NCBI GenBank assembly: GCA_020536535.1
Contig: JAHLWZ010000721.1
Span: forward strand, 62,001-126,000
Direction: 5' to 3'
From: Pelomyxa schiedti
Taxonomy: Eukaryota > Protista > Evosea
Length of the DNA stretch: 64,000 bases
Within the stretch, counting starts at the first letter, position 1. The number at the start of each line of letters is the position of its first letter. The notes under the pieces were generated by a model, which did not search any database, was not told the origin of the DNA, and was given only the letters and a program-made list of their open reading frames with translations. Positions 38,385 through 51,154 of this stretch are shown here, piece by piece. Both the position numbers and the translations under genes were made by a program.

Positions 38385-41300
38385 ATGCAAGATCCGGCGA
38401 CGTCGGGGCCTGTGCAACAGAATGCAGCAGATCAACAGCGACAACAGTCGATTAACTTATTGGTTGCGCTACTGAGCGCCGACAATCCCACGCGAGTCGC
38501 CGCCGAGATGCAACTGCACACCCTGAAGCAGAGCGCCCCCGACGCGTTCGTTACCTCTATGCTCGAAACCGCCTTGTCGCTCCTGGCGCAGGCTACGTCG
38601 GCTCCGTCGCCGGGAATTGACGAGGCAAGTTACCGCCAAATGCAAATCACGACGGGAACTTGGAGGCAAATGATAGTCACACTTCTGCGCCCAATGTTGA
38701 TTGCTGGTGAATCGTCGAAGCACAAAGAATCGGTCTGGAATTGTTTGAGCCTGCAGACCAAAGCCCAAGCGAAGGTGCATGTCAATTCAATTTCTGAATC
38801 ATGCAAAAGCTGTGTTAGTTTCAGATTGATTGTGGCACACACACCCTGTTTGTTGTTGTTACTGCCGGCATCATGCTGGTTTTTTCCAAGGCAAACAATT
38901 CTCACACTTTCCAAGGTTTATTTGCTTCAGTTCATGGAACACGAGGTTGACCGCAAAGTTATCAGGAAGCTTTCCAACACTGTGGCTGAAATCGGGGGCT
39001 CTCTTTTTGCTGCTGGTAAGACAATATACCAGGTTTCACCGTTCACTTTCCAGACATGTAATCATACTCCCAGGTGAATGGCCTGATTTATTACCGTTCC
39101 TCTTTCGATGCAGTAAATCTACGGTGGCTCAAATCCCTTATCCTTCGCCTTTCTCAGTTGCTAACCAAGCTTACACAGGTTCCCACTCAGAGGATAATCT
39201 CGCTTGGTGTTATTTCCGAGCTTGCAGTGGTGTTAGGAGCAGAGACATTCCGAACCTTCCTGGCATCCATTGGAGAAATTCTACGTGCTGCCTTGACCGA
39301 TGCGGACAATAAAGTAATTGAATAAGCTCCATAATCAAATTCACACCTCTCTCAAGGTGAGACTGGAGGCACTTCTTTCTACTGCTATTTTCTTGCAACT
39401 GATGGAAGCGCAAGAGGAAAGGCAGTTATTTCAACAACTGCTTCCCATGATGCTTGAGGTATTCATCCACCAATTTTGTGCCCGTTCCAATGTTGTATTA
39501 GTGTGTTATGTCATCTCTTAAACTGGGAAATCAAATGGAAGCACGACAAGCCATGGAAGTCTTTATGGAGTTAGCAGAAAAAACTCCAACCTTTTTCAGA
39601 CCTTGCCTACCACAACTCATAGCAGCCATGCTCTCCATTGGAAATGCTCAGTCAGGTCTTGAGGATGGTGTGAACCGCAACACTCTTTCCCCCTTCGCTT
39701 CAAAATATATTTGTAAACTACATTTCATAGAGACCAAACGATCTGCTTTGGAAGTTTTACTCGAATTGTGTGTGGCCAGACCGACAACTATGAGGTTTGG
39801 TGTATCCATTCTGCACTTCACGTTTATGAACATCGGGACAGGAAACAAGAAAACTTCTTGCACTCAATTCTTTCTCTCGTTCTTTCATGGATGGTTGAAG
39901 TTCCGGATAATGAAGGGTGGTATGCGTTCGAGGAGGAAGAAGAGTGCAACTCCACTGTGGGAGAAGAGGCTTTAGATAGAATCTGTATGAGCTTTGGTAT
40001 GTAAATATCGTAATGTACCCAAATGCTGACTTGTACGGTACTCTTATAGGTGGGAAAGTGATTGTACCAGTTCTATTCCCGTTCATTCAGAACCTTGTTG
40101 GTAATTCCACTGATTGGCGCCATCGCTGGACAGGAGCAAAGGCAATCAGCATTGCTGGTGAGGGATGTAAGTTTGTACTGAAGGAACATCTTGCTCAACT
40201 AATAAAGTATGCGTTTTATTTACTTATTTGTTTGTTTTCTTTGTCCTCTTTTGACTTGGATTGTATGTTCAACAAAAAAGGGTAGTTCAACCACTAACAA
40301 ATGACCCGCACGCACGTGTGCGATGGGCAGCCATGAATTGTCTGGCACGCATGCTTATTGACTATGCAGTATGAGCACCCATATTTGGCTTTCTTTTTTA
40401 CGTACATCAGCCGGAAATACAAGAAGAGTATGGAAGTGAAATTGTTCCAATAATACTGGGCAAGTCAACTGATGCCTGTGTGAGGTTTAAACCCAACAAA
40501 TTATCTCAAAAGCAACCAACTGAAGCAAAGGGTGCAAGCACACTGCTGCACAGCTATTTCACGCTATTCTGAGACATGCATGAAGTCTACTCTCACTCCG
40601 TACCTGGATTCAATTCTTAACCGCTTATCTCAGATTTTATTGATACAGTGTGTCTCTTTATTGTCTTATTAATCACCTAATTGAAAAACAAAAGGAACAA
40701 GAACCTGCTAGAGGTTGCCCTAACAGCACTATCCTCTGTTGCTGTTGGCGCAAGAGAGGGTTTTAAACAAGTAGTTAGTAGTAATGGTTCTCTATTTCTA
40801 ACACCTGGCAGCACTATGCTTCTTTCATTCCTTATTTGAAGTCTCTTATGTTACTCGATGGTAAAGATATGGCATCGATCCGAATCAAGGCTATAGAGAC
40901 AATAACCCTTATAGGTGATTTTTTTTATTGTTTGTTTTTTCCCTCCATCTGAAATAACTGTAAGGAGTGGCTGTCGGGAAGGAAATATTCGCCAAAGATG
41001 CAGTTGATGTCCTACAGATTATCCTTCATACAAATGGTTACATTCCTGTGTAAAACGTGAAACATGAATAATTCGGGAAAACAGTTGCCCCAGATGATCC
41101 CAATGTTTCTCTGCTAGAATCTTCTTGCAGTAGAATTGCAGAATGCTTGGAAGACCACTTTGCACCATACTTGCCCTCTGTTCTGCCTTCCGTATTAGCA
41201 AGAGCTTCTGCACTCGCTGATTTCTCGTATAGTGAGGATGAAGAAGATGAAACATCATCAGATGCTGGTTCACTCACTCCTTTATATAAGTACTGACCTA

Positions 41301-43144
41301 AGTCACAGACGATGAAACAAGAAAAACTTCCATTATCGAAGACAAATCGGAGGCGTCACATTTATTGTTAGTGTATGCGTCTCATGTTCCCACAGCCTTT
41401 CTACCCTACGTGGAACAAGTCGCTAAGATATTTGTGGAAAATATGGATTTTGAATATCATGAAGGTGTCAATGAAAAATTCCCTACGTGAAAAAGATCTT
41501 AATATGCTACAGGAGTTCGAAGTGCAGCTGCACTCAGTCCTCCTCATCTCTTGGGATGCATAAAAGAAAACATGGCAAAATGTTTGTAAATTCCCCCGGC
41601 ATTGGTACACTTACCATGACTACCTACAGTGGCTGCAGCCACTGGCCAAGCAACCGGAAACACGATGCTGGTTCAATTGTGGCAGTTCATGTTCCCTGCA
41701 CTTCTAGAAGCTGCAAAGAAGGAACCTGATTTAGAAGTATTAGTCGAACAGCTTCGTTCTATTAATGAGGTTTCTCCCTTCTGGTTGAAAAGGAACTGGG
41801 TACACTTACTCTGTCTAGTCAATGACTGATATTGATGGACCATCACTTACTTCCCAAATGGTGGAAGATATGGCCGATGGCATTGTATTCTTCATAAAGG
41901 AATGGCAATCAAGAAGTCTCTTACGCGATAGTATGTCAGTCCTACGTATTCTTCATTTTTACACTCCTCAGGAGCTAGAAGAAAAGCTCTTTCTGACGAA
42001 GAAGAAACTGCTAAACTTGAAGAGGAAGATGAAGAAGAGTTCGAAATTCTCGCCCAAGTTTTTTCAAGAAAAAAGCTTGTACCCAATTAATATCTTGTTT
42101 CAGATTTCTGAAAATTCTGGAATGTTAGCGCATTACCACAACGACCAATACTTACCTTTGTTCCAATCCAAGGTGTTACCCGTTGTTCTCGAGATGATGG
42201 TACGGGGAGTTTTACTTGAGTCCTTCATTTGACACTTCATCCATAGTCAAAAAACAGATCTTTATGCGAACGGCAGAGAGCTTTGTGCATATTTGACGAT
42301 CTTATAGAGTTTTCAGGGTAAGTTCTTGTGACTAAAAACAGTAATGTAAAAGCATTATCTAGCCAAAAAATTATCCCACTTATGCCATATTTCTTCAACT
42401 CCCTGCTGGAATCTGTATCAGCTGAAGAACCCGAGTTAAGACAAGCTGCTGCCTATGGTCTCGGAATGTGTGCAAAAAATCTTGGCCCGGCTTTCTCTCC
42501 TTATGCATCAGGTAGCTTTCCAAACTGACCAGATCAAGCCAACTCTTTCTTAGATGTATGCAATAGACTGCGCATGCTAATTCAGCACCCCGAATCACGA
42601 GAGACTGAAGACAACATCCACGCGACTGAAAACGCAATTTCAGCTTTGGGGAAAATATGCCGGCATCAAACTCAACATATCAATCTCAGTGAAGTTCTTC
42701 CTCTGTGGCTGTCATTTCTTCCCGTCACGGAAGATGCTATGGAAGCGCACCAGTGTTACGACACACTATGCCATTTCATAGAAAGGTATAATTTCCTTCT
42801 CAAAGTTCTACCACTAACTTGCTTTTCACAGTGGAAATCCTCATATTCTTGGAGCCAATTACTCCAACCTCCCACATCTCGTTAAAGTATTTGTAACCGT
42901 GCTAGATACAACCTTGGTAACAGCAGAGCTGAGCGCAAGGATGTGCAAGGTGTTGCAGTGGGCAACGCAATCAGCAAGTACGGGCGCCCCGAGTGGTGGC
43001 ACACCTCCTGTATCACCACAAGTTTTACAGGCTTCCTGGGGCAATTTAACACCTGAAGGCCGAGCCAAAATACAACAAATTATGGCAAGCTACTTGACAA
43101 CGCAGAGCAACACAACCAGCACAAACACCAGTAATTCTACGTGA
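38385..43144 (+). CDS. IPO5: Importin-5 / karyopherin beta-3 family HEAT-repeat protein, multi-exon
   Basis: WPDLLPFLF; EEALDRI..LIGGKVIVP; DWRHRW..ISIAGEGC; DPHARVRWAA; RQAAAYGLGMCA; ATENAISALGKI; WLSFLPVTED.EA. Confidence 0.85.
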
Positions 43145-43438
43145 AAAACACGGCCGTACTCCAGTAATAGACAACACCCACATTTCCTGCATTAAGGTAA
43201 CTGATCCCCACACATTCCACAAACGAGGAACCCATCGCCCATGTATAAAACGTGCACCTTATCCAGAGCCAAAAACAGCTTTTTTTTTGGTCCCCGCATT
43301 TTTGTTCCATAAAAGGTTACTACTCGGCGACATCACAACTCCCGGCCCCGAAAGTCCACAACGAACAAACAAAAAACAAAAAATAAAAAAAAAAAACACC
43401 CACAACAAGCCATAGAACCAGGAAGAAGAGACAAAAAG

Positions 43439-45057
43439 ATGTCGTTCCAGGAGTGTAAGAACGTACTACGAAAGTTATTGAACTTGGCTGTGTTGTGGAC
43501 ATGTGGTGCCGGATGGCTGAGTTGCAACGCACAGCCGATACTTACTGCTACCGATTTGATAGTAGGACAAGGGTATTCTACCTTTTCTATGGTTTTTTTT
43601 TTTTAATTAAAAAAAATAAAATAAAAACAAACACTTCTCGCGGTGTTGTATGGCTTGGTGATTATCGTTATACTAACGCAATACGGCTTTGAAGATATCC
43701 AGCTGAATTCCACCGTGCGTGGACAGCAGATAATTTTGAACTGGGAATGCAACGCATTCCGCCAACGAAGGCGGGGTCACGGGCCGTGCTTCTTATGCAC
43801 GGTGTGTTTACCAATGCCGGCTGCTGGGTCGCCAACTTCCCTTTCAATGTACGGGCATTTTCGCGTCGCCTTTATTCCATTCTGCTATTTGACAAAAAGA
43901 TTTAGGATCTAGCCTTTATGTTGCATGACGCAGGCTGGGATGTGTGGCTTGGCAACTTCAGAGGCACAGTGTATTCTTATTATAACGCCAACTACACGGC
44001 GGACGAAGAAAAGTTTTGGGAGTGGAGGTAACTTTTCATCTTGCCTTTAAAAAATGACTCATCACATATAGCTGGCCTGAAATGGGAACATACGACGTCC
44101 CTGCTATGATTGATTATGTTCTTGACACTACCGGGCATAAACAGCTCACTGCTGTGTGCCACAGTGAAGGTTGTGCCAACTCCTTGGTAGCACTCAGCAC
44201 CCTACCTGAGTATGCTGACAAAATTGGATTTTTGATGGCTTTAGGTAATAAACTTTTTGTATTTTTTTCACTAAATCTGTGTTAGCTCCAGCTGTTTACG
44301 TTGGGCATACAACCAGTTTGCCTGCTGTGATTGGTCTGAAGTTGGACTTTGGCAATGTGCTCTATGACCATAACATTTGGCATATGAAGGGATTAACGAA
44401 ACTTGAAGGTAGCATTTCCCTTCACGCTTTCCAGCTTACACATGTTTAGAATTCCTTCTCTCTGAGTTTTGTGAATCGTACCCTGAAATTTGTGCACTCA
44501 CTTTAGATGTTGTATAGCCTGCATGTTGTTTTCCTCTAAATTATGAAAAGGTGGTGATGGGCTGGGACATGACTAACTGCAATGCCTCCCGCATGCCCGT
44601 TTATCTGGAACTCACCGACTCCACTTCCACACGAAATTTGCAGCATGGGTTCGAAGCTATGGCCACAAATCTATTTGCCTATTACGATTACCAAGATGTA
44701 CTCTTCCCAAGCATATTGCTCATTTCTTACACTGTTAGAATGCAACGAACATAGAATACTACGGAGCAACAACAGTTCCCCTCATACCCCTTTGGAACAT
44801 TAAAAACAAAATGGCACTATACTACGGAGGCAGGGACGCACTTGTTACTGAATATGATGTCATAAACTCCCTTCTCCCATCGTTGAGCAATGCAGAGTTT
44901 GTAATACCCCCACAAGAAATTCCAATGTGGAACCACGGTACACTTCTTTCTTCGGCAACAAAAGAACTTAAACCAACAAACAGCTGACTTTGTGTTGACC
45001 ATGGACGGAACCTGGTATACACAAATGGTGGATGTACTCGACACTTTTGGCATCTAA
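43439..45057 (+). CDS. Lysosomal/gastric acid lipase family alpha/beta hydrolase
   Basis: Signal-like N-terminus; GYPAEFH..RIP; VLLMHG; LAFMLHDAGWDVWLGNFRG; SWPEMGTYDVPAMIDYVL; nucleophile motif CHSEG; WNH.DF. Confidence 0.9.
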
Positions 45058-45140
45058 AAACAAAGACAAACAAAAAAAGTACTTTTATTTTGAAACAAAC
45101 GAAATTTTTTTTACGAAACACTTTACACGAAAAAGTTAAG

Positions 45141-48100
45141 ATGAGCGTGTGGTCGTGGCGTAGCAGCGACGCCAGCGAAATTGAGACCGAACAAGATAAC
45201 GCGTTGTCGTTGTGTCACACGATATTGGGCCAGTTCCAGCCGCTCTTCCGCAGATCTCTGCGCGAGACGCTTTTCCGGCACCTCAAGGAGGAACGCGTCG
45301 CACGAGAAAAAGCGGCGGCGGAGAAACGCAAATACGTAAGATCTAGATCTACGCAAGTCACTGCATGTGTCGGCAAACCGGCGTCGGCTACGTCAAGTTC
45401 ACTGGCAAAGTTACGCTCCGGCGAAGAAGCACTTGTTGACGACGACGGTTGCTCGTCGTGCGGAACCTCGACGTCGGTCACGTCACAGTCGAGCCGCGTT
45501 GTGTGTGGAAAGATACCGCGGTGCATTGATAGATCAGTCTTGCTTAATGTGGTTGGTGACTATTCCTTGCAATTTCAAGCAACAGTTGTTTTGCACACAG
45601 TGACATTTTAACCAGTGGCAATATTAGATGGACAGGGACTTGAAGTTTGCTGTTGTACAGCAGAAACCGCCAGGTAAAATTTAGTTCCTTTGGACTGCTA
45701 CAAGTCTCCCTTAATGTCTTTCTACCTCAGGTGATCAAGAATTACCTTTTTACATCATTTTCTGCTCTTTGGGTGAAAATCAGCATGTTGTGTATCGTGG
45801 TGCTGACCAATTTAGAGCTCTTTTCCAGGAGGTATCCCACTTGCATTCAACAATCACTCACATGCTTGGAAGTTGTTTAACCAAGCTGGTATCGCTCTAT
45901 GGTCTCTTTTCGCAGATTATAGTACTCCAGAGAATGCCCAGAAATTTCTTATGCAGTGTGTGCATATAAAATCAATCGCCCGAGCAGGGCTTTTAGCGCG
46001 ATGGCTAGGGTTGTCAGGTACTTGCTGTTAATCTTACCACAATTTAATGAGCATTCCTGTCAAGCCCCGAAATACGATCCTATTTTGTCGGCAACCTTGT
46101 TGAATACCTTCCAATCACTAATGAAGTTTGACCACCCCATGACCGAGCAACCAGTTGATGCACTTGTGCAATATATAGTTACTGAAGTGGAAAAGACTTT
46201 TCCCCCAAAATGGGCCATTTCATGTACCACTGGTAAAAGTAAACGGTTTATGGCGAAGTATGAGTTGAAAAGGCAAGAGTACCGCGCATCATTGAGTGAA
46301 ACAATTACCCCTGAGGTGAAGCTAGAATGGAAAAGTGGGACAAACTTGTTTGAATGAAAAATATATTGACATTTTTCCAGCCACCATGAATTACTACAAG
46401 CAGAAATCCCACGTAGATGCTCGATACTTCGAGAGTTCGTTAAGTCTGGAACAACACATTAAACATGACATCAAGTCGTTCATTGGCCACGGTAAGTTCA
46501 ACTGTATGTTGCATTTACTAAAACATCAAGAAATGGAAAAGATCAGTAAGGCACTGTGTGACTTGATATCAGACATTCTTGGCTTCTTAAATGAGCCACT
46601 GAGCACTGTTACTCACCACATGCTCATAAACAAAAACTCTTTCTCATTTTTGGCAACCTTGCGGAATTTTACTTCCACAAGTTCGTTAAATGAACAAAGA
46701 AGTGCCATGACTGCAGAACTTCTTGCACTGCAGAGAAGTACCAACGAAACTGTAGTGTACCAAAAAAATTTGCCAATGTACAAACAAAGTCAACACAGAT
46801 TGAAGAGAACATGTTCCCATTATTTGGAGCAATTTCAGAACAGCTAATGACCTGGGTAGTTCGAAATATACATTTATTCGAAACTAATGCCTCCAAGGCT
46901 CTCCCTCAAATTTTCCAGCCTCTTGTAAATGTATTTAAAGTCTCTGGCACAGTTTGGAGAAGATTGATACAAAATTTCTACAGTAGTGTTTTCATGAACA
47001 CCGTAACTTTCAGTTATCGACCTTTCTTATCTGAAAACCAACACAAGATATCTTCCATTCTGCTCGTGAAGAAAAAGCAACTTATGTTGTTGTACTCTGA
47101 ACCAGCACCCACCTCTGACCAAATAAGAAGGCAGCTTGCAGATGATGAAGAATACTTAAGGCAACGGGTGTTGTACGCTGACTGTGAATTAAAGGCACGT
47201 GAAACATATGGCCGGCAAAAAAAGTCACACACTACAGTTTGACCTGTGGAAAGCACTGCGCGAAATACGTAATGACCTGCGCAACAACGGGTCCAGGGTC
47301 AGTGATGACGTAGGTACGACTTTGATGTCGCTCCTATCCAGTAATCCCTCTCCAAAAAACAAAAAGTTGCTTTCCTAGGAGGTGTTCAGGAATTCTTGAC
47401 TTCTCTCTTGCAGCTACAAACTGATTCCTGGTTTAAGTTTGTATCAAAGATGATCGACTTCTTAGCATTCAAGGCTTCTGATACTAAGTGGCTATCCAGT
47501 CGACATAGGATTGAGCAGGTTGTTACCAAGGCCCATGACTCCGGCGTTTCACTTGCCATGAAGCATTTCTACAAGCACTCAGCCATTGTATGCGTCTATA
47601 AAAAAATACAGCATGGTGACTAACATCTTTCATCAGTTACTCCCTCAATCTATAGCTAAGCTAATCTCGAGACCTCTAGTGACACCCATACTGTCCTCAC
47701 TCTGGGACAGCTTAGTAAATGATATCAACTTCCGGAATACTTCAACATTTCTTCAGTTACACTCACTTCTTGACATGACATCATTGTGCAACTCATGTAT
47801 TGAAGACTTACTCGAAAGTACGCCTACAGTGTGATTACTGCCTATTAATGTTCCTACCCTAGATTCCCCTATACAAGGGAATAACCTGACCTCTTTGATT
47901 GGTGGATTTCTCAACAATGTCCTAGAGAAGGCAAGACAGAAGGCGAGAGCTCCAATTCCACGCAAGAGGCCGGCTGCTAACGCTTCCATTATATCCCAAG
48001 ACTCATCCCGGGTTAGCCTGCACATACACGCCAAGAAAAACGCAGGCGGGGCCACGGTACTGGAAGAGGGCAGCGAATCAGACAGCGTCACCGTCGGCGA

Positions 48101-48296
48101 CAGTACATCCACCTCCGGCTATTCCTCAGCCAGTGAGGATGATGATTACGATGACGATGACGAAGATGACTCAATAGAAACACCACTACACACAAGCCAG
48201 CCCTCCACAACAACCACCACAACAACAACAACAACAAGCACAGGCACAAGAACACTATCAAGAGATGTCAAACTGCCAGCTGTTAATAATCCTTAA
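45141..48296 (+). CDS. Large helical protein, possibly Niban/FAM129-like, with an acidic/Thr-rich C-terminus
   Basis: Chain of plus-strand exons. The N-terminal ILGQFQPLFRRSL and C-terminal helical segments only loosely resemble the Niban family. Confidence 0.4.
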
Positions 48297-48370
48297 CCTC
48301 CTATTAATGCAGCTGTGATGTAGACTATGTGACAAAAAAAAATGATCAAAACATTCTTCATCGAGACCGA

Positions 48371-49510
48371 ATGAACTCGAAAGAACGGGTTCTCAGAGCG
48401 CTGTGTGGGCACAAGCGCGGGCTGGGAGGGCCCGACCGCGTGCCGGTTCAGTTCGACCTGTGCTCGTACCTGCTGGAGCGAGCCGCTGCGAAGTACGGCG
48501 TCGCGGTCGACGTCACCCCCGCGTGGTACTCGGACGTGACGTGGCGAATCTCGGCGAACGAGCTGCGCATAGCCATGGGCAGCGACTGCGCGATTGTGGG
48601 AGCGTCGGTGCCTAGCGGCCACGTGGATCCCATAATGCCGGGGGAGGGACCCGCAGCGGCCGCGTGCTATGTGAACGAGTTCGGGATGACCCTGAGGCGC
48701 GGCGAGTTTTACGCCGAGCTTGTGGGCGTGCCTGCCAGCAGGCCCGTGACGGTTGACGCGGTTATGGGAATGAGGTTCCCGGATCCTCTCGCTGACGGCA
48801 GGTATGATGCGGCAAAGAGGGACATTGAGAGGTGGGGACCCAGCCACTTTGTGATTGGCGACGCGGAGTTAAGTGTGTTCGAGCTGGCGTCCCACATTGT
48901 GGGATTCGAGGGCCTCCTTGAGGACCTAGCCTCTGGCTGTGACTACATCCCGGCGCTGCTGGACAGATGTCAGGATTTCACGACCGCCATTGCCCTCAGG
49001 CTGTGTCAGCTTGGAGTCGATGGGATATGGCTTGGTGATGACTTTGGCACTCAGACCGGAATGCTTATCTCCCCGAAGATGTGGCGGTCTGTGTTCAAAC
49101 CGAGATACGCCAAGATAATATCCACGCTGCGGGAAGCAAGGCCGGACGTGGTCATCATGTTCCACTCCGACGGCGCCGTCAGGCCCATAATCGCGGACCT
49201 GGTGGAGATAGGCGTCGACGTTATGAACCCCGTCCAGCCCAACGTACCCGGCCACGAGCCCGCGGTCCTCAAGCAACTCTTCGGCACCAAGTTGGCGTTC
49301 TGGGGCGCCATTGACCAGCAGAGGCTCTTGCCAGCAGGCACTGCGTCCGAGATTGATTCCGAGGTCAGAAATGCAATTGGTGCACTTGGTGCTGGTGGTG
49401 GTGGGTACATGTGCAGCCCTGCTCACATTGTGCAACACGACACATCTCTTGAGAATCTGGAAGCATTTTTGCTTGCAGTTAAAAAATATGGTCCATGCTC
49501 ATCTTCTTAA
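48371..49510 (+). CDS. Uroporphyrinogen decarboxylase (URO-D)/MtaA-CmuA superfamily protein, intronless
   Basis: MNSKERVLRAL..PDRVPV; GVDGIWLGDDFGTQTGMLISPKMWR; FHSDG; GVDVMNPVQP; FWGAIDQQ; GGGYMCSPAH. Confidence 0.9.
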   Translation: MNSKERVLRALCGHKRGLGGPDRVPVQFDLCSYLLERAAAKYGVAVDVTPAWYSDVTWRISANELRIAMGSDCAIVGASVPSGHVDPIMPGEGPAAAACYVNEFGMTLRRGEFYAELVGVPASRPVTVDAVMGMRFPDPLADGRYDAAKRDIERWGPSHFVIGDAELSVFELASHIVGFEGLLEDLASGCDYIPALLDRCQDFTTAIALRLCQLGVDGIWLGDDFGTQTGMLISPKMWRSVFKPRYAKIISTLREARPDVVIMFHSDGAVRPIIADLVEIGVDVMNPVQPNVPGHEPAVLKQLFGTKLAFWGAIDQQRLLPAGTASEIDSEVRNAIGALGAGGGGYMCSPAHIVQHDTSLENLEAFLLAVKKYGPCSSS

Positions 49511-49567
49511 ATTGGGTGAAAAAAAAAAAAACAAAGGCTATTCTCTTTTATCAGAGAATCAAATCAA

Positions 49568-50782
49568 TCAATGGAAACAGAAGGGATGCCAAAGTTCAGA
49601 GAGACTATCCAAAGGGAGAGTGGCATGAAGCACAGTGAACCCTGTGAGTGGTTCCATCACTCTCAATTCATTACCATCAAGTGAAAACAACAGGCCCGCC
49701 TCTGCCTCAACACCGTGGGGCACAATTTCCTCTGTGTTAGGAGTTCTCAACAGTGGCTTGGTCGAGTCATTGCAGTCCCAAATATCAAACAGCCAATCAT
49801 TTTCGGGAAGATAAGAAACAACAAACAGATGTGAAGTCAATTGTGAGACTGTCTTTGTGAATCTAGTCTGTTGGAGAATAATCCCTGTGGTTCTCCTTTC
49901 AGAAAACTGTATGGAGTACACACTGCCACGTGGTGGTGGACACAACACAGCTTTCCCAAGGAAAGACCTGGAGCCATCTCTCTTCACAAGAACTGGAGAA
50001 CAGAATATTGTGCCTTTGGCAACCTCACAGCTCGTTTCACTCAACACACACAATTCCTTGGAACTGAATGACTTCTCAACATCTATCACCAAAAATGCAG
50101 TAGATCCTGGTGGGTTGCGCCAAGCTACCACAGCAACGAGCTCGTTTGGTGCCCACTTGTTGAAGGAAAGCATACTTACGTCGTGAGTCACAGCAGAGTA
50201 GCCAAGCCTGACAACCACAGAGGTGACAGCAGGCCGCTTGTCCGCCAACCTTCCAATCGAGAGCCCCAACATGTTTCCTTCCCGAAAATCACTTTCATAT
50301 CCACAAGCCACGAACCACACGTGATTCACTGCGTGCGTAGGAACGCCCCTCCATGGGATCTGTTGTGGCATGACCCTCGGAAAGAGTGACACTGCGTAAC
50401 CAGTGACCACGTCGTGCAACATATAAGGTGGCTCCAGGCGCCGCCTGCTGTCGACCCACTGGGCGTTGAAGGCACAGTTCCTTCTCACATCCTCGAATGT
50501 GAGCACGGGATCGCCTCTGATTCCCAGCACAAGTGGTGACACCTCAAACTTGATCAGCCACGGAATATGGCTGCACAAGGAATCAGACCCAACGGCAAAC
50601 TTTTTGAGGGTCTCCTGGACCATCTCCCACACCAGCCTGGCTGCATCTATTACCTCTGGTGCTGCTATTTGCTTATGGGAGGATGACGACGACCACCAAC
50701 CGCACCTTGGGTGCGACACCAGGCACAGCGCAACAAACTGGTCTATGGCGCGGAGGGTCCCATAAGCTTGTCCGTTGTTCAT
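49568..50782 (-). CDS. Lineage-specific HPRCG-family hypothetical protein, copy 1
   Basis: 404-aa intronless ORF beginning YGTLRAIDQFVALCLVSHPRCG; closely similar to the neighbouring ORF. Confidence 0.8.
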   Translation of the reverse strand: MNNGQAYGTLRAIDQFVALCLVSHPRCGWWSSSSSHKQIAAPEVIDAARLVWEMVQETLKKFAVGSDSLCSHIPWLIKFEVSPLVLGIRGDPVLTFEDVRRNCAFNAQWVDSRRRLEPPYMLHDVVTGYAVSLFPRVMPQQIPWRGVPTHAVNHVWFVACGYESDFREGNMLGLSIGRLADKRPAVTSVVVRLGYSAVTHDVSMLSFNKWAPNELVAVVAWRNPPGSTAFLVIDVEKSFSSKELCVLSETSCEVAKGTIFCSPVLVKRDGSRSFLGKAVLCPPPRGSVYSIQFSERRTTGIILQQTRFTKTVSQLTSHLFVVSYLPENDWLFDIWDCNDSTKPLLRTPNTEEIVPHGVEAEAGLLFSLDGNELRVMEPLTGFTVLHATLPLDSLSELWHPFCFH

Positions 50783-51154
50783 TACTTAAAGCAAAAATGC
50801 CTCGATGGCTGGCACCAAGTTGGGGCAGTTTTAGTTTAGGGGTGTCGTTTACCATGCAGCATGTGTTGGTGAATGATGGGTTCTGTTGTTGACAAACAGC
50901 ATGGAATCTGGAGTGCAGTGCATTTGGAGAGTGGTTGCAGCTTGGTGCATTTGGAGCGGGCGCTGCTGCAGTTATGTTTAGTGGTAGGCACGATGTTGTT
51001 GGTGGGCAATTACTGTTGTGGTGTAAATTCCTTTGTTACTTCTGATGGTTGGAGTATTTGATCTTTTTACCTCGCCAGTGAACACAGAGGTGGCATGCCG
51101 TATGTTCGCAGCTTGAAAGAAACAGACGGAAAAAGCTTTCTCCTCAGGAGTGAA

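Noticed and set aside
48371-49510. Heme-pathway HemE
   Set aside because: It lacks the RQAGR motif of true uroporphyrinogen decarboxylases.
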